The notes under the pieces: model-generated
Told to the model about the DNA's origin: nothing
The model's database searches: none
What the model saw: the letters and a program-made list of their open reading frames with translations, nothing else
From: Desulfovibrionaceae bacterium
Lineage (GTDB): Bacteria; Spirochaetota; Spirochaetia; Treponematales; Treponemataceae
DNA: 64,000 nt
Assembly (NCBI GenBank): GCA_963654755.1
Contig: CAVKBG010000001.1
Location: 8,426-72,425, forward strand
Reading direction: 5' to 3'
Made by a program: the position numbers and the translations under genes
Part shown: piece after piece, positions 1-10,700 of the stretch
Position numbering within the stretch: position 1 is the first letter of the stretch
How the letters are laid out: each line of letters begins with the position of its first letter

Positions 1-1800
1 GTTATATTCAGTCTGAACTTCTGACAAAGTCCAAGACATATAAATCATTCCGCAGCTTGAGCATCTTCTGTAAGTTTTGTTTTTATTTCTCGCCACAATT
101 TTGTTTTTAAAGCCTTCACCAGTTTTGCAGACAGGACATTCAAAATGGCTTCCAAGCGAAAGTTTTTTTGTAAAGGAAGCAAGATTTTCAGAAGCTTCAA
201 CTTTATTTTTGACTAAAAGATTTTCAGGCTGAATTAGAAGGCTCTTGAACATTTTCTGATTTATTTTTTTTGGAGCAAGACATTTAAATCCATTTGCAAT
301 TGAAAGACGAATATGCAAAGGTGTCGTTCCCAAAAGAATTACAGCGCAATTTGCTCCAGCGGCTTCAAAAGCAGTAAAGCCAAAGTGAGTAACAACAAGA
401 TCATATTTAAAAAGCTCTTCTTTTAAATTTTCAATTGGAGAAGAAACAGTTATATATTTTTTTAAATCTTCTGGAATATTTTTTTCTGTTTCAAAAACTT
501 TTTCTTTTGAAGATGCAACTGCCAAAACATGAACATTATTTTTTGCAAGCGCAACTGCCGATTTTAAAAGAAGATTTGCAGGATCTTCTCCGCCAACACA
601 AATCAGCGCATTGTTTATTTTGGCAGGAAAAGAAGAATGTTTTTTTTCAGGTAAAGGAATAAAAGCCGGATTGTAGTAATTTACATTTCGATTCGATTTT
701 AATGAAGGAATTATATCAAAAAGATATTCTGCATAGCCATTGTCACAGTTTCCTTCATCAATGCTTGCAACAGGAATTCTTGATGCTATAGAACGAATAA
801 AATTATTATCAGCTGAAAATAAATCCGTAATCGCAAGACAATATTCAGATAAATCTGAAATATTATTTACAATCTGAAAATCATCAAGTCCGTTTTTCCG
901 AGCATCTTCAATTAAATCCAAACGTTGGGTTAAATCAGCGTCATCTGGAATATAAATATCCCAGCCATTTGCAATTGCAAGCTCAAGGCATCTTCTTAAA
1001 TGCCCGGTTCCATGTCCTTTCTTTACAGACGGAATCAAGAGAACAGGATTTTTCACAGCAGGAAAAGAAAGCGCACTTAAAATTTCACTTGTAGAATAAG
1101 GCTCTGTTGATTTTTTTTCACTCGAAATTTTCTTTATAATTCTTAATGCTCTTTTATAATCAGAAAATGTATCAACTGTAGTTCTATAGTCTGGATAATA
1201 AAATTCCTGTGGAGCTTTTACAAACGCGCAAATATATTTTTCAGAATGATTATAAAGCGCAGGTCCTACATGCTCATGGTCATAAGGCAAGTCAGTTTCA
1301 GATGCAGCTTCAAGCAAAGAGTCCGCATTGAACACTTCAACTCCAGAACCATGAGGAAGCCCAGAAAAAGTAATGTAGTCAACAGGAGAATTTTTTTCTC
1401 TTAAAAAATATTCATCAACAAGTTTTTGTGCAGCTTCATAAAACAAGAACGGATTGTCTGCTGTCGCTCTTAAAACAACATCAGACTTGGAGATTTTTAT
1501 AACATTGCAAAATCTGTCAAGCACATCAGATTGTGAGCCTGCGTAAAAATCCCAGCCGCATTTTTTTGCAATAGGCTCTAGCTCTTCCCTGCTTTCCTCA
1601 TCGACCGCAAGAAAATATTTTGAAGCCTCGACTTTTTTCATTGAAGCTAAAGTCCATTCAAGAATTGTTTTTCCGCCAAGAGGCAAAAGAGCTTTTCGGG
1701 GAAGCCTTGTGGAAGACAAACGGCACTGGACAATTACAACAACTCGTTTTTTTCCAGTAACAATTTTTTTAATTCCTTCTTTTATTTTTTTTAAATTCAT
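1..1800 (-). CDS. Multidomain nonulosonate-pathway protein: SpsF-like cytidylyltransferase + PseG-like GT-B domain + CxxC...CxxC Zn-finger (probably preceding a methyltransferase); 3' end runs off the window
   Basis: Not in ORF track. Manual translation from ATG at 1800 (SD GAGG upstream): VIVQCRLSSTRLPRKALLPLGG, GSQSDVLDRF, RATADNPF, HEHV, RTTVDTFSDY (SpsF); GHGTGHLRRC, CVGGED, DLVVTHFGFTAFEA (PseG-like); CPVC...CSSCG near the edge. The frame is open to position 1. Confidence 0.85.
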   Translation of the reverse strand, partial: MNLKKIKEGIKKIVTGKKRVVVIVQCRLSSTRLPRKALLPLGGKTILEWTLASMKKVEASKYFLAVDEESREELEPIAKKCGWDFYAGSQSDVLDRFCNVIKISKSDVVLRATADNPFLFYEAAQKLVDEYFLREKNSPVDYITFSGLPHGSGVEVFNADSLLEAASETDLPYDHEHVGPALYNHSEKYICAFVKAPQEFYYPDYRTTVDTFSDYKRALRIIKKISSEKKSTEPYSTSEILSALSFPAVKNPVLLIPSVKKGHGTGHLRRCLELAIANGWDIYIPDDADLTQRLDLIEDARKNGLDDFQIVNNISDLSEYCLAITDLFSADNNFIRSIASRIPVASIDEGNCDNGYAEYLFDIIPSLKSNRNVNYYNPAFIPLPEKKHSSFPAKINNALICVGGEDPANLLLKSAVALAKNNVHVLAVASSKEKVFETEKNIPEDLKKYITVSSPIENLKEELFKYDLVVTHFGFTAFEAAGANCAVILLGTTPLHIRLSIANGFKCLAPKKINQKMFKSLLIQPENLLVKNKVEASENLASFTKKLSLGSHFECPVCKTGEGFKNKIVARNKNKTYRRCSSCGMIYMSWTLSEVQTEYN

Positions 1801-1814
1801 CTTTTACCTCGGAA

Positions 1815-2768
1815 TTATTTTCCCCAGTTTTCAATAAGAGCAACAGCGTCTGTTTTAAATCTATACTGATTTTCCTTCGTCCATCGCATAGCATCTTTAA
1901 ATTGTCGCATTGATTCAACAAATCCACAAGAACTTTTTAATTTAAAAGCAAAATATGAAAGCCACGGTATTTTTGCATGATCGGACAAAAAAACAGGCAA
2001 AAGATTTTTCAAGTAAAATCTAAGATATGAAATATCTACCGTTAGGTTTTCTTCAGGAACTGCGCCTGTATATTTAAACTCAAATCCTGTGGATAAATTT
2101 ATTTTTTCTCCCCAGAGCCATGACCTAAAAAAGAAATCAATTTTTTGCCAGTATTCGGAAGAAATCGTATAGTCAATTCCGCCAAGAAGAATAAATTTTT
2201 CACGGTTATAGAAACCAGCGTAATCAGCGGGATACAAAGTTGGCTGTCCGTCTAAAAAAACGGAATCTGCTTCAACTTCAAAAACAGATTTTCTTGCTGA
2301 AGGAAAAAGTGCGACAGGAAGTTTTGTAGAGCTATCAGAAAAAAGTCTTGGAGCAATGCAAAACTGATTTTTCTTTATAAACTTAGAAACCATAGAAGCA
2401 TCAAAAGAAAATTTTTCAAGACACATTTCTTCTTGAACAACTAAAACATACTGAGTTTCAGCTTCAGAAAAAGCAATGTTCAAAAGCTCACCTTGCGATA
2501 CATTTTCCAATGCAATTAAAAATTTTACAGTAGGAAAATGCCTTGCAAATGAATCCACAGCTTTCCGTTCATTTTCAGGATTCACGCTTATAATTTTTTC
2601 AAATCCCTTCTGCAGCAAATTTTCAAGAACTCTTGTTCTATAATGCCTTCCCGATCTGCTAAGAACGACACAGGTAATAGGCATAAGAATTTGCTTGGGA
2701 TTTTCAGTTCCGCCGATAACTGTATAAGAAACTTTATGCTGATTAAAAATTGAAGGTATAGTATTCAT
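1815..2768 (-). CDS. Glycosyltransferase family 2-like protein
   Basis: GT-A-like segments (ITCVVLSR, GELLNIAFSEAETQYVLVV, FILLGGID). Likely start MNTIPS at 2768 overlaps the upstream stop. Confidence 0.6.
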   Translation of the reverse strand: MNTIPSIFNQHKVSYTVIGGTENPKQILMPITCVVLSRSGRHYRTRVLENLLQKGFEKIISVNPENERKAVDSFARHFPTVKFLIALENVSQGELLNIAFSEAETQYVLVVQEEMCLEKFSFDASMVSKFIKKNQFCIAPRLFSDSSTKLPVALFPSARKSVFEVEADSVFLDGQPTLYPADYAGFYNREKFILLGGIDYTISSEYWQKIDFFFRSWLWGEKINLSTGFEFKYTGAVPEENLTVDISYLRFYLKNLLPVFLSDHAKIPWLSYFAFKLKSSCGFVESMRQFKDAMRWTKENQYRFKTDAVALIENWGK

Positions 2769-4365
2769 CGCAATCCTTGCATTTTTCTCCATATTTTTTT
2801 TCAAGCTGATTTTGAACTTCAACAAAAAATTTTTTCCAGATATTTTCTACGCCTTCATCAAAAACATTTCCCACCGAAGAAAATAAAAACTGTCTGCAAA
2901 GAGGAACTTCACCAGTGCAAAGAATTGTCATGTCGCGCTTTAAATGCCAGCAGACATTTCTTTCTAGCGGAGACAAATCAGCAGGTTTCCTTGAAGGCAA
3001 AAGTTTGCAGAAATCGTTGTACTTTTGAATTATAACTTTTCCGCCGGAAGGAGATTCTTTTGAATGCCAAAATCTATAGAACTTTTCAAGCTCATCTTCG
3101 TTTTCATTCATTCTTGTAAACTGAGGATAAACAGAAGATGGGAAAAATTTATTTAAAGTAAGAACTGAATTTACAGCCGCATTAAAATTTCCATTTGAAA
3201 AAACTTTGTTGTACATATCTTCGCTAAAAGAATCAATTGAAACAATCCAAGTTACATTTTCAGTTCCATTTTTTCTTTTTCCAGCTCGTTCTGAAATTTC
3301 AAAAATTTTTGAAGCAAGCTGCTCCGTAACCAAAACGCCATCAGTTTCTACAAGAACGGAAAGATTTTTATGGCGCAAAATTATTTCAACAAATTCCGCG
3401 AAGTTTTTATTAAGCAACGGTTCTCCCCATGCACTCAAACCAATCACGGCATCTTCTGAAAAATTTGAAATCTGCTCAACAAGAAAATTAAATTTTTCCA
3501 AGCTCATATCTTTTGGATTTGGATTTTCATTTTCAAAAGGAAAGTACCCGAATTTATTTTTAAAAGCTTCTGGATAAGGATTATAAAATGGATTTGCAAG
3601 ACAGTTTTCTGAAATCTGAATATTGTAAAATGCCGGCAAAGTCATCTGCACATCAGCGCAATTTTCAGCAAGCTCGGAAAGTTTTTTTGCAGTAAGCGGA
3701 ATTTCATTTTTCAGCGCATTCGAATAAAGTTTCTGGCAAGCAACAAAATTTCTTTTTTGCGAACACGAAAAATCAAAACGCAGCATCCTGAAATCTTTTG
3801 GCGCAATCACGGATTCAATTTCAAAAGAATTTATGTCAGCCTTCATAACATTAAAAATGCATTCATTTGAAACAGGCAATTCTCCAAGCGCTTTGTGAGT
3901 TTCAGATGCAAAAGTTGAAAGAATTTTTAAAGTTCCAGAATTTATAACTTCAGGCGAAAAACCGTAAGGATAACCATCAGCAAAAGTATATTCAGAAATA
4001 TATTTTCTGTGGCTTTCAAGAATTTCATTTGTGAGTTCTTTATCAAGAAACGGTCTGTCTGCGGAAGAATAAACAACGTCATCTGCGAAAAAGCTAGAAA
4101 CCTGCGTGAACATTTCTTCTATTAAAATCGCAGTATTCCAAAAATTTTTTGAAACAACTTTTATTTTTTCTTTGCCAAACGAAGACACAAAAGATTCCAC
4201 AATATTTTTATTTTCTTCCGAGCAGGCAACAACAATTCCGCACAAATCTGAAATATCAGCAGCCCAGTCAAGACATCTTTCAAAAGCTGATTTTTCAGAA
4301 AAAACTTTTTCAAAAGCATGAGCCGAATTTTCATCTATATATAAAAAAACTAAATTCTTCATCAT
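2743..4365 (-). CDS. Spiro-SPASM protein (cytidylyltransferase-like N-terminus, degenerate radical SAM barrel, SPASM domain)
   Basis: ADRPFLD and YTFADGYPYGFSPE at the N-terminus; GEPLL motif; C-terminal CWHL..C..GEVPLC...CKDC SPASM cysteines. Likely start MMKNL at 4365. Confidence 0.85.
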   Translation of the reverse strand: MMKNLVFLYIDENSAHAFEKVFSEKSAFERCLDWAADISDLCGIVVACSEENKNIVESFVSSFGKEKIKVVSKNFWNTAILIEEMFTQVSSFFADDVVYSSADRPFLDKELTNEILESHRKYISEYTFADGYPYGFSPEVINSGTLKILSTFASETHKALGELPVSNECIFNVMKADINSFEIESVIAPKDFRMLRFDFSCSQKRNFVACQKLYSNALKNEIPLTAKKLSELAENCADVQMTLPAFYNIQISENCLANPFYNPYPEAFKNKFGYFPFENENPNPKDMSLEKFNFLVEQISNFSEDAVIGLSAWGEPLLNKNFAEFVEIILRHKNLSVLVETDGVLVTEQLASKIFEISERAGKRKNGTENVTWIVSIDSFSEDMYNKVFSNGNFNAAVNSVLTLNKFFPSSVYPQFTRMNENEDELEKFYRFWHSKESPSGGKVIIQKYNDFCKLLPSRKPADLSPLERNVCWHLKRDMTILCTGEVPLCRQFLFSSVGNVFDEGVENIWKKFFVEVQNQLEKKYGEKCKDCDEYYTFNF

Positions 4366-4422
4366 TTCATTATCGGAAAATATCTTGTCTAAATTAAACG
4401 GAATGTTTACAATCGGAGCAAA

Positions 4423-5637
4423 ATGGAAATGCAAAACGAATCAAAAAAAGACAACGCTCTAACAGTTTCGCAGCTGACAGAACTCATAAAGACAATGCTT
4501 GAAGGCTCTTTTCAAAATATAATTTTAAAAGGAGAAATTTCAAATTACAAGCCAAGCTCATCCGGGCATCTTTATTTTTCGCTTAAAGATTCAGACAGCC
4601 AGATTTCAGCGGTAATGTTCAGAGGAGCGGCCTCTGCATTGAATTTCATTCCAAAGGACGGAATGCTTGTTCAAGTAAGAGGAAAAATAACAGTCTATGG
4701 TCCGCGCGGAAATTATCAGATTCAAGTTTCGTCAATGATTGAAGCCGGAGCTGGAAACATAATGGAAATGATTGAAATGCGGAAAAGAAAACTTGCCGCA
4801 GAAGGACTTTTTGATTCAGCAAGGAAACGTCCGATTCCATTTTTTCCAAAAACAGTCGGAGTTGTTACGAGTCCAAACGGAGCTGCTCTGCGTGATATTT
4901 TAAATATAAGGCGGCGCAGAAATGACAAAGTAAGCGTCATTGTTTTTCCTGCGATAGTGCAAGGTGAAAATGCCGCAGACACAATCGAGTACATGATAAA
5001 AGCTGCAAACGAATATAATATGTGCGATGTTTTAATCGTCGGAAGAGGCGGAGGTTCTTTAGAAGACTTGCTTCCATTCAGCGAAGAAAAAGTTGTCCGT
5101 GCAATTGCAAACTCAAAGATTCCTACAATCTCTGCGGTTGGACACGAAATTGACTGGGCATTAAGCGACTTTGCGGCGGACGTAAGAGCTCCAACACCAA
5201 GCGCGGCGGCTGAAATTGCAATTCCAAGAAAATCCGATATAGAAAGCAACATTGAAAATTTCAAATCCATTCTCTTTTCGGAAATTCAAAACAAAACAAA
5301 TTCTTTACGGCTCATGCTAAGAAATTTCGATCCTGAAAATATGCGGACTAGGTTGCAAAACATCGAACAAAAATATTCAGAAAGATTTGACAAGGCGTTT
5401 GATTCAATGAAAGACGCAATGGAAAATATAATAAAGGACAGAAGAATAAAAATAAAACTCTACCTGCAGAATTTGGAAAACTGCAATCCGCAGAATATTT
5501 TTGACAGAGGATATTCTATGGTTTGCGATGAAAATGGAAAGATAATAAGAAAGTCATCTGAACTTTCCAACGGCGCAAAAATAAAAATCAGACCGGCGGA
5601 AGGATTGATTTTCGCAACTGTTGACAAAATAAATTAA
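4423..5637 (+). CDS. xseA: Exodeoxyribonuclease VII large subunit
   Basis: LTVSQL, GEISN, SGHLYFSLKD, GRGGGSLEDL, SAVGHEID, APTPSAAAE motifs. Confidence 0.97.
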   Translation: MEMQNESKKDNALTVSQLTELIKTMLEGSFQNIILKGEISNYKPSSSGHLYFSLKDSDSQISAVMFRGAASALNFIPKDGMLVQVRGKITVYGPRGNYQIQVSSMIEAGAGNIMEMIEMRKRKLAAEGLFDSARKRPIPFFPKTVGVVTSPNGAALRDILNIRRRRNDKVSVIVFPAIVQGENAADTIEYMIKAANEYNMCDVLIVGRGGGSLEDLLPFSEEKVVRAIANSKIPTISAVGHEIDWALSDFAADVRAPTPSAAAEIAIPRKSDIESNIENFKSILFSEIQNKTNSLRLMLRNFDPENMRTRLQNIEQKYSERFDKAFDSMKDAMENIIKDRRIKIKLYLQNLENCNPQNIFDRGYSMVCDENGKIIRKSSELSNGAKIKIRPAEGLIFATVDKIN

Positions 5638-5648
5638 CGGAGAATAAA

Positions 5649-5945
5649 ATGACAAACTTTGAAGAAAAACTAAAAAGACTCGAAGAACTTTCCGCTTCCA
5701 TAAAAAAAAGTGACATCAGCCTAGAAGATGCGCTTAAAGATTTTGAGGAAGGAATAAAGCTTGCAAAATCCATGGAAAAATCCCTTGACGAAATGGAAAG
5801 CAAAATTCAAATATTAATGAACAATCCTGATGTTTCAGAAGATGAAAAATCCGCACAAGAAAAAAAACAAAAAGCAAAAACTGAAAACGCTCCTGTGCTA
5901 GGTCTTTTTGACGAATCTTCTGAAATCACTGGAACAAGAGCATGA
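5649..5945 (+). CDS. xseB: Exodeoxyribonuclease VII small subunit
   Basis: FEEKLKRLEE...SLEDALKDFEEGIKL; directly follows xseA. Confidence 0.93.
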   Translation: MTNFEEKLKRLEELSASIKKSDISLEDALKDFEEGIKLAKSMEKSLDEMESKIQILMNNPDVSEDEKSAQEKKQKAKTENAPVLGLFDESSEITGTRA

Positions 5946-7777
5946 CAGAACAAAGACGCGTAAAAATTCTCAATGCGGAAGTTGCAAGAAAAATTGCCGC
6001 CGGGGAAGTCATAGACAAACCTTGCGCTATTGTCCGCGAATTTATGGACAATGCAGTTGACAGCGGAGCTACAAGAATCAGAGTTGAAATTTCTAGCGGC
6101 GGAATTGAAAAAATCAGAGTCATAGACAATGGCTGCGGAATGTCAAAAGAAGATTTGATTCAATGCGCGCATCCTCATGCAACAAGCAAAATTTCAACAG
6201 AAACAGATTTACTTAGCCTTTCAACTTTGGGATTCAGAGGAGAAGCGCTTTCTTCAATTGCAGCAGTAAGCCGTCTGGAAATAAAAAGCGGCGGCTGGAA
6301 AATGAATGCTTCTGTAACGGAAGATCACATTATAGAGCCTTGCGCTTCAACAGAAGGAACAATAGCGCAGTCATCAGGACTTTTTGAAAATTTTCCTGCC
6401 AGAAGACAATTCTTAAAAAGACCACCTTCAGAAGGAATTCAGTGCAGGACAATTTTTGAAGAAAAAATTCTTCCGCGCCCAGACATTGCCTTTACTTTTG
6501 TAAACGACGGCGAAGAAAAACTTTCGCTTCCGGCAGGACAATCTTTAAAGGAAAGATTTGTTCAGACAAATGAATTTTTTGAAAGCAGCGATTTATTTTA
6601 TGAACTGAAACATGAGGACTCTGAAAAAAATTTTTCATTTACACTGATTATTGGAGAGCCGTCTGTTGCAAGAACTTCCCGAAAAGATATTTTCATTTAC
6701 GTCAACGGAAGAAAAATACAAGAATATTCACTTATGCAAGCCATTGTTTATGGAACGCAAGGATACTTCCCAAACGGAACTTTTCCAGTCGCCTGTCTTT
6801 TTGTAGAAATGAATCCGTCGCTTGTAGACTTCAACATTCATCCGGCAAAACGTGAAGCCAGATTCAAAGACATAAACGCACTTCATCATGCAGTAAGCTC
6901 AACAACAAGAAATTTTTTCAAGCAGTATACTGTAAAAACAATGCTCAGCCAAAATGCAGAGGATAAAACGGAAGATTCGCTTTCAAATGAATTTTCTTTT
7001 AATTCCAATACTGAAAAAAATAATTTTGTTGAAGAAAATTTTGCGCATCAAAATAATATTCCCAAAATAAATTCAATTTATTCTGATGTAAAGCGTGGAA
7101 CTCCTAGAACAAATTTTTCATCAGGCGGAACAAGGCAATCATTCTTTAAAACAAAAACTTCGCAAGATTTTTTTCATCCGATGAAACCAAATTATATTCC
7201 AGAAATCAACAGCGAAATTTTTTCAGAATATGAAAAAGGATTTCATTTTGCAGGTTGTGTTCTTGGGACTTTTATTATCGCAGAAAAAAATGAAACACTT
7301 TACATAATTGATCAGCACGCCGCTCACGAAAGAATGATTTATAATCAAATCATGGCAGAAGCAGGTCAAAAACAGTCACTTTTAGTTCCATACATTGTGC
7401 AGACAGATTCAGCCGCTGACGATAATTTTATCCGCGCAATAAAAGACAAACTTGAAGAAGCTGGATTTTCATGCAAAGACTGCGGAAATGGAAAGTGGGA
7501 ATTTTCAACAGTTCCAATAAGATGGAAAGGCACAGAAGCTGATTTGAAAAAAGATGTGCTTGACCGGCGGGTAAATCCTGCAGACATGATAAACGCAGCA
7601 GCCGCATCCACAGCCTGCAGAAGCGCAGTCATGGATGGAACTGTGCTAGATGAAGAAACTGCAAAAAAAATTGCAAAGGGAGCTCTTGAACTTCCAGATC
7701 CTCACTGCCCTCACGGACGTCCTGTATACACAACGATTACAAGGCAGCAACTTTTCGCACTTGTAAAGCGGACATAA
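5942..7777 (+). CDS. mutL: DNA mismatch repair endonuclease MutL
   Basis: KIAAGEVI, DNGCGM, HATSKI, LGFRGEALSSI, VDFNIHPAKRE; C-terminal DQHAAHER, ACR and CPHGRP endonuclease motifs. Confidence 0.97.
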   Translation: MTEQRRVKILNAEVARKIAAGEVIDKPCAIVREFMDNAVDSGATRIRVEISSGGIEKIRVIDNGCGMSKEDLIQCAHPHATSKISTETDLLSLSTLGFRGEALSSIAAVSRLEIKSGGWKMNASVTEDHIIEPCASTEGTIAQSSGLFENFPARRQFLKRPPSEGIQCRTIFEEKILPRPDIAFTFVNDGEEKLSLPAGQSLKERFVQTNEFFESSDLFYELKHEDSEKNFSFTLIIGEPSVARTSRKDIFIYVNGRKIQEYSLMQAIVYGTQGYFPNGTFPVACLFVEMNPSLVDFNIHPAKREARFKDINALHHAVSSTTRNFFKQYTVKTMLSQNAEDKTEDSLSNEFSFNSNTEKNNFVEENFAHQNNIPKINSIYSDVKRGTPRTNFSSGGTRQSFFKTKTSQDFFHPMKPNYIPEINSEIFSEYEKGFHFAGCVLGTFIIAEKNETLYIIDQHAAHERMIYNQIMAEAGQKQSLLVPYIVQTDSAADDNFIRAIKDKLEEAGFSCKDCGNGKWEFSTVPIRWKGTEADLKKDVLDRRVNPADMINAAAASTACRSAVMDGTVLDEETAKKIAKGALELPDPHCPHGRPVYTTITRQQLFALVKRT

Positions 7778-7797
7778 AATCCGCTCTGCAAAACGAG

Positions 7798-10700
7798 TTA
7801 CTGCAATTCAGCAAGCAATCCATTTACTTCTGAAGTTTTAAAATCAGGAGCTTTGGATTGCAAATAAAGCAAATATTTTTCCGCGCCATTTCCATCGCCT
7901 TGAGCAAGACAAACTTTTGCAAGCTCAAAAAACAAAGGCCATTCAGTCTGTTGTTTCTTTACAAGTTCTTCATAAACAGTTCTTGCATTTTTATAATCTT
8001 TTGCAGATGTGTATGACTTTGCAAGATTTTCTTTTACTGTCAGATTTTCAGGTTCTATATCCAGAGCATTTTTATAAAATTTAACAGAGTTTGAAAAATC
8101 GCCAGTATCTCTGTAGGCGCTTCCAAGATTATTATTTACTTCAAAATTCTTAGAATCATTTTTGTAAGCCTTTAGCAAAAGTGCAATCGCAGCATCAGGT
8201 TGATTTTTCGCAAGAAGAATCATTCCTAAATTTGTATTCGCTTTAACATGATTTGAGTCAAGATTTAAAGTTTCCTGATAAAGTTTAATCGCTTCGTTTT
8301 CATTTCCTGATTCTTGATTTAAAAGTCCCAGATTATATGAAATATTTGCCTTTACTTCAGATGAAGTTTTTTCTTTGTTGTCATAAGCTTTCTTCGCAAA
8401 ATCAAACGCTTCATTTTTTTTATCCTGCGCAAACATTACGGTAGAAAGATTATAATAAGTAAGTGCATTTTTTTCCGCAGTAGAATCTGGACAAGAAAGT
8501 GCCTTTAAAAAATTCTGTTCAGCAAGATTGTAGTTTTTCAACTCAGAATAACAAGAACCAAGTTCCTGATAAGTTTGCGCTCTTGACGGATTTATTTTTA
8601 CAGCTTCTGAATATGATTTTACAGCCTCTGAATAATTTTTCTCTTCAGCCAAAACATGACCTGCGCCCATAAACGCATTTTCATAATCCGGTTTTATTTT
8701 TGCCGCATTTCTATATGAAGCGAGAGCCTCTTTATTTTTTCCGAGCTTTTCACAAACGAAGCCAGAGTTATAATGAGCAGGCGCAAAGTTTCCATTTATC
8801 TTTATTGAAGTTTGAAAAGCTGCAAGCGATTCATTATATTTTTTCTGCATTGCAAGAACTCTTCCAAGCTGATAAAAATAAGTGCTGTTGCCAGGATCTT
8901 TTTTTGCAGCATTGCGCAAGAAATTTTCTGCGGAAGCATAATTATGTTTCTCAAGAGCGTCCATTCCAAGAATAAACATAACGTTAGGTTCTTCTTTAGA
9001 ATTTTCAAAGGATTTTTCTGCAAATTTTACAGCCTCATCGTGAAGAAACTTTTTTTCATTTCCTGATTTTTTTTCAGAACTATCAAACAAAGCTGTTGCG
9101 GCTTCTCCAAGTTTTTTTCCAGCAAAAGCTTTTTCTTCTGCAGGAAGATTTTTTTCAGCATTATAAAATTCTGCAACCGCCTCTTTATCTTTATTTTCAG
9201 ACAAGAGCTGCTTTCCATGCGAAATATAATTTTCAACAAGCTGCTTTTGACGTGCAAGCGCAGCTTCCTTAGCCTTTTGTTCTGCGAGGGCTTTTTCCTT
9301 TGCTTTTCTTTCAGCTTCTGCTTTTTTAGCAGCGGCTTCCCTTGCTAATTTTTCTTCTTGAGCTTTCTTTGCAGCGGCAGCTTTTCTTTGTCTTTCCGCT
9401 TCTAAAGCCTTTTGTTCTTTTGCTTTCTTTTCTTCAAGTGCTTTTCGTTCTGCTTCATTTTTTGCATCCTGAATTTTCTGTTCTTCTATTTCACGTTTAT
9501 TTTTTGCTTCATTTCTATGACGAAGAATTTCCTCTTCAGAAAGAATTGGATTTCCGTTTTCATCAAAGCCAAACTCGCCTAAATCAATTCCAGCCTGCAA
9601 AGCTTTTTCTACAGCTTCTTTTTTTAGAGCATTGATTTTATCCTGATTTTTTTCATTTGAATTTAAACTGTTCAAAAGAATAAGTGCTTCTTCAAATTTT
9701 CCCTCGTCAATAAGTTTTTGAGCAAGCGCAAGTTTTTCTTCATCAGAAAGATTTTCAGCTGACTGCAAAACTTGAGCCTGTTTTTTCATACGCTCAATTT
9801 TATTTTTCAGCATATCAGAAATTTCATCATCACCATCAATAGAAATTGCATTCAAAAGTTCAAGCGCCTCTGAAAAATTTCCGTCATCTATCATCTGCTG
9901 AATCAAAGACAAAAGCTCAGAAGTTTTTCCATCCGCAACAGCTTTATCAACAGCAGATTTTTTCAAAGCATCCAACTTTTCTTTTACAGGACTTCCCGGA
10001 TCGGCTTTTATAGCATTTAGAATTTTCAGTGCAGATTCAACCTCACCGTTATTTATCAGCGACTGAATAAAATCTAAAATTTCCTGTTCGTGGCCATTTT
10101 CCAAAGCCTTTGAAAAAGCTTCATTTATTAAAGCGGAAATTTTATTTCTAAGTTCCTTTGCAGCCTCACTGTTTCCTGAAGCGTCAATTCCCAAAAGAAT
10201 TTTTAAAGCTTCTTCATAGTTGCCCTGCTCAATTAATTTTTGAGCCAGCGCAAGTTTTTCTTCAACGCTAAGTTCAGAAACAACATTATCTTTAGAGCCA
10301 AAAAAATTTTGGTTCTTTAAAACAAAAAATCCGCCGCCCGCCAAAACAGCAAGCAAGAAAATCAGCAGTGCCGCTATTTTTTTATTTGATTTTTTATTTT
10401 TCGTTTTTTCAGGCTCAATATTTTTTTGTGCCGATTTTTTTTCAACTGAAAAATTTGAAGCCAAAATAGGTTCGGCATTTTTTATTGCAACTCCAGTTTC
10501 TTCTTTTTTTTCAGACAAAGAATTTTTTTGAGGCAAAATAGGAGCGGCAACAGTTTTTTGCAAAGGAAGTTTCTCGGCTTCCAATTTTTTTTCTTCTGTA
10601 AAAATTTTTGGCTCAACAGATTTTTTCACAGCGGAAGTTCTTGCAGTTGCCGCTTTTGGCTTTTCTAAAGAAGCAGAAGTTTTTCTTGCAACTGGCTTTT

